This document shows positions 9,270 to 20,153 of a stretch of DNA of 64,000 nt, one piece after another. Made by a program: the position numbers and the translations under genes. The DNA lies in assembly GCA_963774955.1 (NCBI GenBank), contig CAVZGV010000003.1, positions 469,695 through 533,694 on the forward strand, in the 5' to 3' direction. Below the pieces are notes generated by a model. It did no database searches and was not told the origin of the DNA. It was given only the letters and a program-made list of their open reading frames with translations. The DNA comes from Candidatus Falkowbacteria bacterium. Its GTDB lineage: Bacteria > Patescibacteriota > Patescibacteriia > CAIXNZ01. The first letter of the stretch is position 1; each line of letters starts with the position of its first letter.

Positions 9270-10442
9270 ATGCTCAACAGAAAATTTATTATCTTTACTC
9301 TGCTCGTACTTTTAATGCCGTTGCTGACAATTTTATTACCTTTGCCGGTAAATGCTGCGCCTCCAGCGATTACGATTACACCGGTACAATCTGCTGTTAG
9401 TACTAATGTTGATTATTGTTTTGGGTGGGCTTCAAGTGGGTTGGCTAACACTGATACTTTATTTGTTTTATTTCCAACTAATGAAACTGATGCTAATATT
9501 AGATTTGACGTTGAGGCTTTAACCGCTTCTGAAGTGACTTTTTATGTAGGCACTAGTACTTGTTCAGGCGGTACATCACGTGCTACTGAAACAGGATCGA
9601 CCGACGATAACGGACAAGATAAAGTTACTATAGTCAATCGGGCTACCTCATGGATAACAGCCGGAATGTATGTTGGAATTATATTGGATTTAGATAGCCT
9701 TGATGGTACTACAAATCCTTTTATAATTGCTGATAGTACGCCAATTAGTATTGGTTTTGCCAATGTTGCAGGCGATTCAGTATTGACACCGGCTACCGCG
9801 GGTAATTATAAAGTAGTTTTAGAACAAATTGTTGAAGGCACTAATCCAACTGAAGTAGACTGGTTTGATACTCAATTGTTATATATTGGTGACCTTAATA
9901 AAGTAAATATCACTGCAACTTTGGATCCCAGCATTTCGTTAGCGTTAGATACAAATACTTGCAATTTAGGAATTTTAGCAGTTGACGCAATCAAAGCTTG
10001 CGGATACACGGCAACTGTTACGACTAATATTGGTACGGGATATACTGGCTATGTTGAACAAAATCATCCTTTTCAGAGTATTGTTAATGGTGTGACAACC
10101 GCCATCACCGGGCCTGGTAATAGTGTAATTGAGGGGGATGAGGATCCAAACCCGCTTTCAGGAGATTATGGCGAGTATGGCTTTGGTATTCAAACAGATG
10201 ATACAACTTCTATTCCTGAGTTCACAGGTGCTTGCGGTGATTATGATGATGCTGTCACAGATTTACCGGCTACATCTTTGGCAGCTGATAATACCAGATA
10301 CGCATTTGCCTCCTATACTGCCGCAACCAATGGCGTAGATCATGGTGTAACTGCTTTTTGTAACGGTGTAAGAATAAAATACACTACACCTCCAGGACAA
10401 TATGACCAGACATTGACTATTACTATTGTTGGTAACTTCTAA
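9270..10442 (+). CDS. secreted protein, member 3 of the 'GNF-terminated' C-terminal domain family
   Basis: Signal peptide. The C-terminal module is LDPSISLALDTNTCNLGIL...CGYTATVTTN...GFGIQTDDT...FCNGVRIKYTTPPGQYDQTLTITIVGNF. Confidence 0.55.
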   Translation: MLNRKFIIFTLLVLLMPLLTILLPLPVNAAPPAITITPVQSAVSTNVDYCFGWASSGLANTDTLFVLFPTNETDANIRFDVEALTASEVTFYVGTSTCSGGTSRATETGSTDDNGQDKVTIVNRATSWITAGMYVGIILDLDSLDGTTNPFIIADSTPISIGFANVAGDSVLTPATAGNYKVVLEQIVEGTNPTEVDWFDTQLLYIGDLNKVNITATLDPSISLALDTNTCNLGILAVDAIKACGYTATVTTNIGTGYTGYVEQNHPFQSIVNGVTTAITGPGNSVIEGDEDPNPLSGDYGEYGFGIQTDDTTSIPEFTGACGDYDDAVTDLPATSLAADNTRYAFASYTAATNGVDHGVTAFCNGVRIKYTTPPGQYDQTLTITIVGNF

Positions 10443-10550
10443 ACAAATTTAAAATTGAAGTCTATATATGCGCCGGAGGCAAAAATTGTCTCCGGCGTTG
10501 GTTGATTAAAGAGTGAAATAGCTTGATTAATAACAAAATTAATCTAAATA

Positions 10551-13500
10551 GTGATGGAAAAATCAGTTAAAAACATACTATTATATTTTAGCCTTGGTGT
10601 ATGTTTTTTGCTGATTTTTTTTGTTATAAAATTTTTGCCGCAAAAATACCTGATTAAAGAGGCTATAGCAGCTGATTCTATTAGTTGCAGTGTTACTCCT
10701 TTTGCGCTTAAACCCGGAGAAGATGTCACTATTTCCGCAATTATTAATTTTACAGCCAGTGATGTCTGGGCCGTGATTGAAAATGAGGCTGGCCTGGCTG
10801 AAAGTCATTATTCTTTAACAGAAGATGATGTCACTCATTATTCAAAAATTTATACAACTTCAGGCTCGGATAATGGTCAATATAATATTAGGATTGTTGG
10901 TGCAGTGGACGGTACCGGGGAAGAAGTGATTTGCAATCCTTCAACCGGTGCTGAATGGATCAGAAAATCATTGAATGAAATTCCCTGGTCCAGACGTGCT
11001 GGTCATGCTATGCAGAGTTTTAACGGTCAGCTCTGGCTTCTAGGCGGTTCTACTCAGGAACCTAATTCAGATGTTTGGAGATCAAAAGACGGATTAAACT
11101 GGCTGAAAGTAACCAGCAGTGCTTCCTGGGGTGAAAGGCGATCAGAATTTAAAACAATTGTTTTTAATAATAAACTCTGGCTGATGGGCGGTTTTAAAAT
11201 TAACAGCGATGCTACCTCCTTGACTTTTCAGCGTGATGTTTGGAATACCTCTGACGGGTATAAATGGGATTTGGTCACTGCCACTGCTGATTGGGCAGGT
11301 CGCAGTATGTTTGGCTTAGCCGGATATAATAATAATTTATGGGTTGCCGGCGGCTGTACTCATGTTAATGCCAGTTTGGTTTGTGATGGCACAGATAATC
11401 AGGTTTGGTTTTCTGCTGATGGCGAAACTTGGACTCAAAAAACAGGAGCTAAGCTTTGGTCAGGCAGAGCCGCACATCAGCTGATCAATTTTGATGACGG
11501 TGCAGTTGGCGGCGAAAAATTATATTTAGTCGGCGGTGTTTCTCTGGGTCCGACAACGTCCTTGGATGATGTTTATTATTCTTCAGACGGCGATACCTGG
11601 ACTTTGGCCACAGAGGAGCCAGACTGGGAACCACGCTATGCTTTTGAATTAAAAAATTATGACAATAAACTTTGGCTTTTGGGCGGGTTAAATAGCGCTA
11701 GCGGACTTCAATTCAATGATATCTGGACAACCTCGAATGGCACTGATTGGACCCAAACTAAAGCAGATGTCACTTTAGGAGGTATCGGTTATCAAGCCAG
11801 TACCTGGACACATTGGGCTCCGCGTCGTAGCATGGCTGTGGCATTATATGATGATGGCAACGGCATCCAATTTTGGTTAAGCGGCGGTAGTAAAGGTTCT
11901 GATGCATTAAACGATGTTTGGAAATCAGCCGATGGTATTGATTGGAATATGGTCAATACTCATTTTAATGCTGAATTTGGCGAGCGTTTTCAACCGGCCA
12001 CAGTTACTTATAATAATCGTTTGTGGTTAATGGGCGGGTTAGTTAAAAGCTTGGGAACTGAAAAAAATATTACCAACGATGTCTGGAGTTCGGCTGACGG
12101 TATTACCTGGCGTTGTGATTTCGGACCTTACAATGCTGATCCTCAGGGTATTCAGTGTGTTCACAGTGTGCCTGGCTGGGTGGCCCGCTGGGATCATCGT
12201 CTAGTGACCTTTGATGAACCTAGTGATGATCCGGACAAAGGAGAACAAATATTTCTAGTTGGAGGATGTTCCGCTAATGCTGGTTTTACCAATTGTCCCA
12301 CAGCCAATGAATTGCGTGACGTTTGGTCTTATAATGCTGTTGATGATGTCTGGGTATGTGAAGCCGGTTCTGCTTTAGGGTGCGAAAATTCAGCCCCAGC
12401 CTGGAATGGACGCTATGGGCCGACTGTTACTGCTTTTAACGATAAAATATATTTGATGGGTGGATATAGAATTACTGCTGCAGTAGGTCAGCAAGTTTGG
12501 TATTCTAGTGACGGTGTAACCTGGACGCAGACTACAAATGCTACCTGGAACGGTCGGATGCAGGCACAATCATTGGTTTTTGAAAATAAATTATGGGTTT
12601 TAGGCGGTTGGAGCGGCGTCCGTGAAAATGATGTTTGGTCTTCAACTGATCCTATAAATGATGGCTGGACCGAAGCTACTGGCAATGCTGCCTGGCCAGG
12701 ACGTTATACTTTTTTAGCTTTAAATTACAATAATCGCATGTGGGTTATTAGTGGCAATGTCGAAGCTGCGTCTATCCCGGCGACTTTGATGCATGATGAT
12801 GTTTGGAGTTCAACTGATGGCATAACTTGGAATGAAGTAACTTCTGATGCTGGTTTTATTGCTCGTGATTTTTTTACAGGTGCAGTTTTTCAAGATAGAA
12901 TATGGCTGACCGGCGGTGATAGCAGGGCAGGTAATTCCAATGAAGTCTGGGCCACACGTTTCGGTGACATGACTTATTACGTGATGCAGCCGCAAGACTG
13001 GCAGGTAAATGTTACAGCCACGGTTGAGCCCGAAATCAGTTTGTCTTTATCAAATAATGCCTGTGCTTTAGGGGTTTTAACTGCGGATGCGATTCAAACT
13101 TGCGGTTATAGCGTAGCAGTCGCCACTAATGCTCAAAGCGGTTATACCGGCTATATCCGTCAAAATCATGGTTTTGAATCCACCATAGGCGTAACTACTC
13201 ATGAAATTCATAGTGAAAATGGCACTCCGTTGCAAATTGAAGCCTCAGGCACCTTAGTCGGTGAAAATGGTGAATATGGAGTCGGTATTTTAACTGCAGA
13301 TACTACGGACTGGCCTGAATTTACTGGTCTCTGCTCAGATTATGATAATCAATCAAGTACTTCATTACCGGCAAAAGCAGTAGATTGGAGCACAGCCGCT
13401 GATCCGGATGCTTATCTGGGTGATAATGTTGATAATGTTTTTGCCACATCATACTGATCCGGTTCAGGGCGTTGATAACGGGCTGACTTATTTTTGCCAT

Positions 13501-13578
13501 GGCGTCAGAATCAAGTGGGACACACCGCCGGGCAATTATTCTCAAACAGTGACTATTTCAGTAGTGGCAAATTTTTAA
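10551..13578 (+). CDS. large N-anchored/secreted protein: two Kelch-type beta-propellers (~12 blades) plus the GNF-terminated C-terminal domain; reading frame broken by a 1-nt insertion near 13455
   Basis: N-terminal hydrophobic segment. Repeated Kelch motifs (DVWSSxDGxxW ... LWLxGG ... W.xR). ORF 10551..13457 stops at ...NVFATSY*. The +1 frame 13458..13578 encodes DPVQGVDNGLTYFCHGVRIKWDTPPGNYSQTVTISVVANF, which is identical to the C-terminus of paralog 13597..16599. Confidence 0.55.
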
Positions 13579-13596
13579 AGTCTAAAAGGTAAAATC

Positions 13597-16500
13597 ATGC
13601 TAGCTAAAAAGTTTTCAATCTCCATGATTTTATATCTGACGCTGTTTTGTATAATTGTGGTCAGTTTTTTATTTTCCCATAGATTGCTAAAAGAAGTTTC
13701 AGCTGCCAATACCATGACTTGTTCCTCTACTCCGTATGTAGTAGATCCCGGAGAGGAGGTGACTATTTCAGCAGTGATTAATTTTACACCTGCTGATGTT
13801 TGGGCGGTGATTGAAAATGAGGACGGAGTGGCTGACAGCCATTATTCTCTGGACGAGGATGATGCGACTCATTATTCCAAAGTCTATACCACTTCCGGAA
13901 CGGCTAATGGACGCTATGATATCGGTATTTTTGCCACTGTTGACGGTACAGGCGAGCAGGTCTTTTGCAATCCTTCAACCGGTGCTGCCTGGATAAAAAA
14001 ATCATTGAGCGATATTAATTGGACCGGACGTTTAAGGCATAAGGTTGTAATAAATAACGGTAAACTGTGGATTTTAGGCGGTTTTGACTATGATTATCAG
14101 TCAGATGTCTGGTCATCTGCTGATGGTCAGAAATGGATACAGGTAACCAAGGAAGCTCCCTGGGGAATCCGCCGATCTGATTTTGGCGCTCTGGCTTTGA
14201 ATAATAAAATATTTGTTTTTGGCGGCTATAAACTCAATAGCAATTGGACTGTCGCCACTTTGCAAAATGATGTCTGGAGTTCAGCTGACGGCGCTCATTG
14301 GACCCGAATAAATGCCGGGGCCGATTGGTCAGCCCGTAGTTCGTTTGGTTATACTGTTTATAACAATGAACTTTGGCTGGCCGGCGGTTGTACCAGCCTT
14401 AATCCTTCGACTTTAGGTTGTGCTTCTGCCAGCGATGAGGTTTGGTCCAGCTCTGACGGCATAGACTGGACTTTGGCTACAAATAATCCTGGCTGGAGTG
14501 AACGTTCTTTAAGCAAACTTTTGGTTCATAATGATGGTAACGATGACCGATTGTTTTTAATTGGCGGGGTAGATTATCCCGGCGGTACAGCCAATAATGT
14601 CAAAGATGTTTGGTCTTCAGCTGATGGTGCTGATTGGGCAGAAAAAACTGCGGCTGCTGATTTTGAAGCCAGATACTTATTTGATGCTTTTTCTTATGAT
14701 TTTGGGGATGGTCAGAAAATTTGGCTCATGGGCGGCAGGGAAATGGACGCTGGTATTACTCAGCATAATGATATCTGGTCATCGGTTGACGGCGCTGATT
14801 GGGATCTGGAAAAAGATGATGTGGCCATTCCTGGCATCGGGGTTCAGCCAAGTAAATGGACTCATTGGACACCGCGCCGTTTTTTCCAAACTGTAATTTT
14901 CAATGCCGGTAACGGTCCTAAAGCCTGGCTTTTGGGCGGTTATGATAAAATTGTTAATCGAAATGATATTTGGACAACCACGAACGGTGTGGACTGGACT
15001 TTAACCAATGAATTTGTCGAACCGGAATTTGGCAGCAGGTTTGATACTCCGGTGGCTGTTTATAATAATAAATTATGGCTTGTTGCCGGTTTAGCCAAAG
15101 GCAAAGGATTAGGCAGAGATGTCTGGAGTTCAGCTGACGGCATTTCTTGGACCTGTGAATTTGGCAGCTATACAGCCGGAACAGAAGGTGTTGATTGCAA
15201 TCATGCTACACCCGGGTGGGTAGCTCGTTTTGATGATAAATTGCTGGTCTATGATGACGGTGACAGTGAAAAGCTTTTTATGATTGGCGGCTGTACCTGG
15301 CCCGGTCCAGGTTATGGCTCCTGTCCCAGCGGCTATGGGCTTAAAGATGTCTGGTCTTATGACGATAATGTGCCTGAAATAAATAAAATCTGGATCCAGG
15401 AAACAGCTGCCGCTGCCTGGGATGTTAGAAATTTACCGGCCTTGGCTGTTTATGATAATAAAATGTGGCTAATGGGCGGACTTAAACAAGCAACTACTTT
15501 ATTACAAGATGTTTGGTATTCAAGCGACGGAACGACCTGGACGCAGGCTAGTAATGCGCCTTGGTCTGTAAGAACAGGGCATAGTGCGGTTGTTTATGAT
15601 GATAAGCTTTGGGTCATGGGCGGGCAGACAACCGGTCCAACGCGTTTAAATGATGTTTGGTATAGTACTGATCCCATCAATTCTGGTTGGACCCAAGCGA
15701 CCAGCAGCGCTGCCTGGTCACCCCGGCTTACTTTTGGTTTGCTGAATTTTAATAATCGCATGTGGGTGGTTTCTGGTCAGCAAGACGGTACAACTTTTGC
15801 TGAATATTTGGGCACTCAAGATATTTATTGGTCACAAGACGGTGCGATTTGGAACTTGGCAACTGATACAGCTGATTTTGCCGGCCGTGATTTTTTTTCC
15901 TCAACAGTTTTTCAGGATAGAATCTGGTTGACCGGCGGTGATTCTAATGCCGGCAACAATAATGATGTCTGGGCTAGCCGTTATGCTGATTTGAATTATT
16001 ATGTTATGACGCCTTTGGATTGGAAGGTGAACATTCGAGCTCAGGTAGATCCCACTCTCAGTCTGGTTTTGTCCTCAAATGCCTGTGAACTTGGTGTTTT
16101 AACTGCGGATGCGATTCAAACTTGCGGTTATAGCGTGGCAGTCGCCACTAATGCTCAAAGCGGTTATACCGGTTATATCCGCCAAAATCATGGTTTTGAA
16201 TCAACCATAGGTCTGACTAATCACGAAATTCATAGTGAGAATGGTACTCCATTGCAAATTGAAGCCACCGGCACTTTAGTCGGAGAAAATGGTGAATATG
16301 GCGTCGGTATTTTAACTGCAGATACTACGGACTGGCCTGAATTTACAGGTGATTGCGCAGATTATGATAATCAATCAAGTACTTCATTACCGGCCAAAGC
16401 AGTAGACTGGAGCACAGCCGCTGACCCGGATGCTTATCTGGGTGATAATGTTGATAATGTGTTTGCCACATCCTCTGACCCGGTACAGGGCGTTGATAAC

Positions 16501-16599
16501 GGACTGACTTATTTTTGCCATGGCGTCAGGATCAAATGGGATACGCCACCGGGAAGTTATTCACAGACAGTGACAATTTCAGTCGTCGCCAATTTTTAA
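13597..16599 (+). CDS. paralogous large protein: double Kelch beta-propeller plus GNF-terminated C-terminal domain (intact)
   Basis: 1000 aa. Same architecture as 10551. The C-terminal ~200 aa are near-identical at nucleotide level to the upstream paralog. Confidence 0.6.
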   Translation: MLAKKFSISMILYLTLFCIIVVSFLFSHRLLKEVSAANTMTCSSTPYVVDPGEEVTISAVINFTPADVWAVIENEDGVADSHYSLDEDDATHYSKVYTTSGTANGRYDIGIFATVDGTGEQVFCNPSTGAAWIKKSLSDINWTGRLRHKVVINNGKLWILGGFDYDYQSDVWSSADGQKWIQVTKEAPWGIRRSDFGALALNNKIFVFGGYKLNSNWTVATLQNDVWSSADGAHWTRINAGADWSARSSFGYTVYNNELWLAGGCTSLNPSTLGCASASDEVWSSSDGIDWTLATNNPGWSERSLSKLLVHNDGNDDRLFLIGGVDYPGGTANNVKDVWSSADGADWAEKTAAADFEARYLFDAFSYDFGDGQKIWLMGGREMDAGITQHNDIWSSVDGADWDLEKDDVAIPGIGVQPSKWTHWTPRRFFQTVIFNAGNGPKAWLLGGYDKIVNRNDIWTTTNGVDWTLTNEFVEPEFGSRFDTPVAVYNNKLWLVAGLAKGKGLGRDVWSSADGISWTCEFGSYTAGTEGVDCNHATPGWVARFDDKLLVYDDGDSEKLFMIGGCTWPGPGYGSCPSGYGLKDVWSYDDNVPEINKIWIQETAAAAWDVRNLPALAVYDNKMWLMGGLKQATTLLQDVWYSSDGTTWTQASNAPWSVRTGHSAVVYDDKLWVMGGQTTGPTRLNDVWYSTDPINSGWTQATSSAAWSPRLTFGLLNFNNRMWVVSGQQDGTTFAEYLGTQDIYWSQDGAIWNLATDTADFAGRDFFSSTVFQDRIWLTGGDSNAGNNNDVWASRYADLNYYVMTPLDWKVNIRAQVDPTLSLVLSSNACELGVLTADAIQTCGYSVAVATNAQSGYTGYIRQNHGFESTIGLTNHEIHSENGTPLQIEATGTLVGENGEYGVGILTADTTDWPEFTGDCADYDNQSSTSLPAKAVDWSTAADPDAYLGDNVDNVFATSSDPVQGVDNGLTYFCHGVRIKWDTPPGSYSQTVTISVVANF

Positions 16600-16630
16600 A
16601 TTGAGGTAAAAAGTGGTATAATATATATTA

Positions 16631-19600
16631 ATGAAGAAGATCAAAAATAAAGGAAACTTAGTTAAAATTTCACGGTTAGAGCAGGTAAAATTGCAAATAA
16701 GCAGGGTAAATAAGCCGGTGCTAGTTTTTAGTTTTGCTTTGATTTTTGGTGTGATTATAGCTTTTAGCCTGGGGTATGTTTATTCACTATACTACAGTAA
16801 GCTTTTGGCCGGAGAAGGTATTAGAGACACCCTTAGTTATCAGGGGAAAATTGTTAATGCTGACGGCGTACCGCCGCCTGATGGTAATTATAGTATGCAA
16901 TTTAAAATCTATGATGCGCTAAGCGGAGGTAATTTATTATGGACTGAAATTTGGGATAATCAAGTGCATACAGGTCAAAGCACAAACAGTAAAGTTGCAG
17001 TCAGTCAGGGTGTGTTTACTGTTGAATTAAATTCTTTATGTCTAAACTGGGTAGGTGATTGCTCTGCCAACGGCGGTGTAACTTTTCAGCAAGACAGTTT
17101 TTACTTGCAGGTTGAGCTGGATTATGACAATAATGCTACTTTTGAAGAAATTTTTACGCCCAGAAAAAGATTTACAGCCACGCCATATTCTATGAATGCT
17201 GATAAACTTGACGGCCGTGATTCTCTTGATTTTGTCCTCAAGTCTGGGGGAACTATGACCGGTGAATTAATTGTGCCCAAAGTAACTGATAGTTCGCTGA
17301 TTGCCTATTATCAATTCAACGGAACAGCTAATAACAGCAGCTCTTATACTGATTTGGACGGTACTCTTCAAGACGGGGCAAATATCGGCTCAGACAGTCT
17401 ATTATTGGATGGTGACGCAGATTATATCTTGGTTGATGATAATGATTTGTTAAGCTTTGGTAATGGAACTATTGATACGACTTTTACTTTTTCAGCCTGG
17501 GTCAATCTGATTGATCCAACCAATAGTTCAATCATCAGCAAAGGGATTTATAACAACGGCGATGCTGAGTACAATTTTGGTACAGACTCTGACGGTAAGT
17601 TTTTTATTCATATTTTCGATGAAAGTGTAGCTGACTGCTACATTGGTCGTATGTATAGTGCTCAGGCAGTACCTACCGCCAGCTGGATAAACGTGACTGC
17701 AACTTATAGCGGTAGCGGTCTGGCCAGCGGGTTGAAACTTTATTTAAACGGGGAACTGGTAGATGACGCTGATAGTTCCGGAACCTGTTCGTATGTAGCC
17801 ATGGAAAGTTTAGCCGCTGATTTATTTTTAGGCCGTTATAATACTGAATATGCCAATGGTAAACTGGATGATATCAGTATCTTTAACCGTACCTTAACAG
17901 CAGATGAAGTCAGGTCTTTGTTCAGTACTTCCAAACAAAGATATCTTGATGTTGAAGAGATTACTACTTTATATTTGTATCTCAATGCCATAAACCCGAA
18001 TACTGAAGTATTTGACAGCGGCTACCTGTATTTTGATCCGGTTTTCAATCGGATTATGCTGAGTTCCTCGGCTTTTATACCAGATTTTATGCCCTATAAA
18101 GATAATTTTGGCAACGATCGTGACTATACTCATTTTATTGATGAAAACAAAATTTTGGCCTATGATTTTTCTGATCCAATAAACGGCGTAATTGATCTAG
18201 AAGGGAATGCGAATGGTACTGTCGGCGGTGATGCCAATTTTGCCAACAATGGTTTTATCGGTTATGGACTAGTGATGGATAATAATAATGATTATATTTC
18301 TTTCAGTGATCCTGGAATTTCCACAGCTGCGGGTACTTTTGAAATGTGGGCCAGATTAAATAATATTGCCACCTCAGAAACTGATTATCTGGCTTATTTC
18401 AGGGAATCAGGCGGAACTCAACTGGAAATTGCCAAAGAGGGAACTTCTGATTTATACACAAAAATAGGCGATTCAACTTTAATTGATACCACTTTTGATA
18501 TCCCGGATACCAATTGGCATCACTATGCTCTAACCTGGACCGGCGGTAGCTATTTTGTTTATGTGGATGGGGTTTTAGTATACGAAGGTTATTATAGTAC
18601 ATTTACGACGCCAACCACCTTTTTACTGGGCTATGGCAATACATCTGATACATCATTGAATGGAGCAATGGATAGTGTGGCTCTTTATGATGAAGTTATT
18701 ACTGATGGTGAAATTGTAAATCATGCGCAGTCATCTTTTAATACTTTGTATGTGAATGATCAGCTGAGAGCCGGCGTAGTCTCATCCAGCTTAGAAAATC
18801 TCTTGGCATTACCGGCAAATATAAATGAAAAAAATAGTAATGATCCGGTTTATTTACAGTATACCGGTAACAAACAGTTTTCTTTCAGTTTTAGCGAAGG
18901 TAAGGGACTAAATACATATAGCTATGATAATGATTATATATATGCGGCCTTAAACGGCGCGACCTGGAATAAAGGCGGTATGTTTGGTCATGGAATGAGT
19001 TTTGATGGTATTAATGATTATCTTGAAGCCAATGATGATTATAATTTAAATCCCAATACTGATGATTTTGCTATTGAATTTTGGATAAATGGAGCTGCTA
19101 CGGGTAATAATGGTAAAACTGTTCTTTCAAAACGCAGTGGCGATACAGGTTATGAAATTTATTTTGACGCCAGTTCTAATAATTTGCAATTTTTTATCGG
19201 TGATAATGAGTCGACCCCAAACACTGTTACTTCAACTGTGTCAGGCCACAACTTTTCTGACGGCAAGTGGCATCATTTTTTAGTGAGTTTTGAACGTGGC
19301 GGGTATGCTGCTATTTATAGTGACGGCGATATTTTTAATATTGGCGCTGTCGATATTTCTTCACTTACCGGCAGTATTACCAATAACGCCAATTTATTGA
19401 TAGGTAAAAATGCCAGCGGTAATTATTTCAATGGTAAATTAGATAGCATTGTTATGTATAATTTGTCAGGTCAGGATCAGTTTAATCTTTATGATGCTTT
19501 TGCCCACTCTTACACATCTACGGATTTTTTATTTGTTGACGGTAAAAATACTCCAGCGGGTATCGGCACCTTATCATTATTAAATCAGTCTCAAAACGGA

Positions 19601-20143
19601 CATGGCGCGGTTATCGGCATGAGAAGCAGTAATAATACGTCTAATTATCCTTTGGCTTTATGGAATGATAATGCTGATAGTGATATTTATAACCTAATAT
19701 ATTTTGGCAGCACAACCTTGGGCGGCGGCGGGGCTTCGGTTGAATATGGAAATTTAAAATGGGATAGCGGTAATAGCAAGTTTATGTTGAGTCAAAGTTT
19801 GGATGTTACAGGAGATTTAGCTGTCAATTCAGTTAGCACTGATGGTAATGAAAAGTTAGTCCATGATGTTATCAGACATACAGTCACTTCCGGAGAGGCA
19901 ACAGCCAATACCTTTACTGAATCATCCTGGGGCAAGGCAACTCAGGATAAAATCGTATCTCTTTCGGCGCTTACGTTGGATCTGAGTGCTGATCCTGATT
20001 TGGTAATTGCCAATGACTGGTCAGTTAATTTAATGGATTGCAATGTGGTTTATGACGGCACTGATATTACTGTGACTGAACAAAATGGTGCTACCTGGGC
20101 AGAAAATGATATTGTCACTATTTATATTGTCTATGAAAAATAA
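16631..20143 (+). CDS. giant N-terminally anchored surface protein with three LamG/concanavalin-A-like lectin domains
   Basis: Signal-anchor helix PVLVFSFALIFGVIIAFSLGYVY. Three LamG signature segments: GKLDDISIFNRTLTADEVRSLF, GAMDSVALYDEVITDGEI and GKLDSIVMYNLSGQDQFNLY. Confidence 0.6.
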   Translation: MKKIKNKGNLVKISRLEQVKLQISRVNKPVLVFSFALIFGVIIAFSLGYVYSLYYSKLLAGEGIRDTLSYQGKIVNADGVPPPDGNYSMQFKIYDALSGGNLLWTEIWDNQVHTGQSTNSKVAVSQGVFTVELNSLCLNWVGDCSANGGVTFQQDSFYLQVELDYDNNATFEEIFTPRKRFTATPYSMNADKLDGRDSLDFVLKSGGTMTGELIVPKVTDSSLIAYYQFNGTANNSSSYTDLDGTLQDGANIGSDSLLLDGDADYILVDDNDLLSFGNGTIDTTFTFSAWVNLIDPTNSSIISKGIYNNGDAEYNFGTDSDGKFFIHIFDESVADCYIGRMYSAQAVPTASWINVTATYSGSGLASGLKLYLNGELVDDADSSGTCSYVAMESLAADLFLGRYNTEYANGKLDDISIFNRTLTADEVRSLFSTSKQRYLDVEEITTLYLYLNAINPNTEVFDSGYLYFDPVFNRIMLSSSAFIPDFMPYKDNFGNDRDYTHFIDENKILAYDFSDPINGVIDLEGNANGTVGGDANFANNGFIGYGLVMDNNNDYISFSDPGISTAAGTFEMWARLNNIATSETDYLAYFRESGGTQLEIAKEGTSDLYTKIGDSTLIDTTFDIPDTNWHHYALTWTGGSYFVYVDGVLVYEGYYSTFTTPTTFLLGYGNTSDTSLNGAMDSVALYDEVITDGEIVNHAQSSFNTLYVNDQLRAGVVSSSLENLLALPANINEKNSNDPVYLQYTGNKQFSFSFSEGKGLNTYSYDNDYIYAALNGATWNKGGMFGHGMSFDGINDYLEANDDYNLNPNTDDFAIEFWINGAATGNNGKTVLSKRSGDTGYEIYFDASSNNLQFFIGDNESTPNTVTSTVSGHNFSDGKWHHFLVSFERGGYAAIYSDGDIFNIGAVDISSLTGSITNNANLLIGKNASGNYFNGKLDSIVMYNLSGQDQFNLYDAFAHSYTSTDFLFVDGKNTPAGIGTLSLLNQSQNGHGAVIGMRSSNNTSNYPLALWNDNADSDIYNLIYFGSTTLGGGGASVEYGNLKWDSGNSKFMLSQSLDVTGDLAVNSVSTDGNEKLVHDVIRHTVTSGEATANTFTESSWGKATQDKIVSLSALTLDLSADPDLVIANDWSVNLMDCNVVYDGTDITVTEQNGATWAENDIVTIYIVYEK

Positions 20144-20153
20144 TTATTAATTT

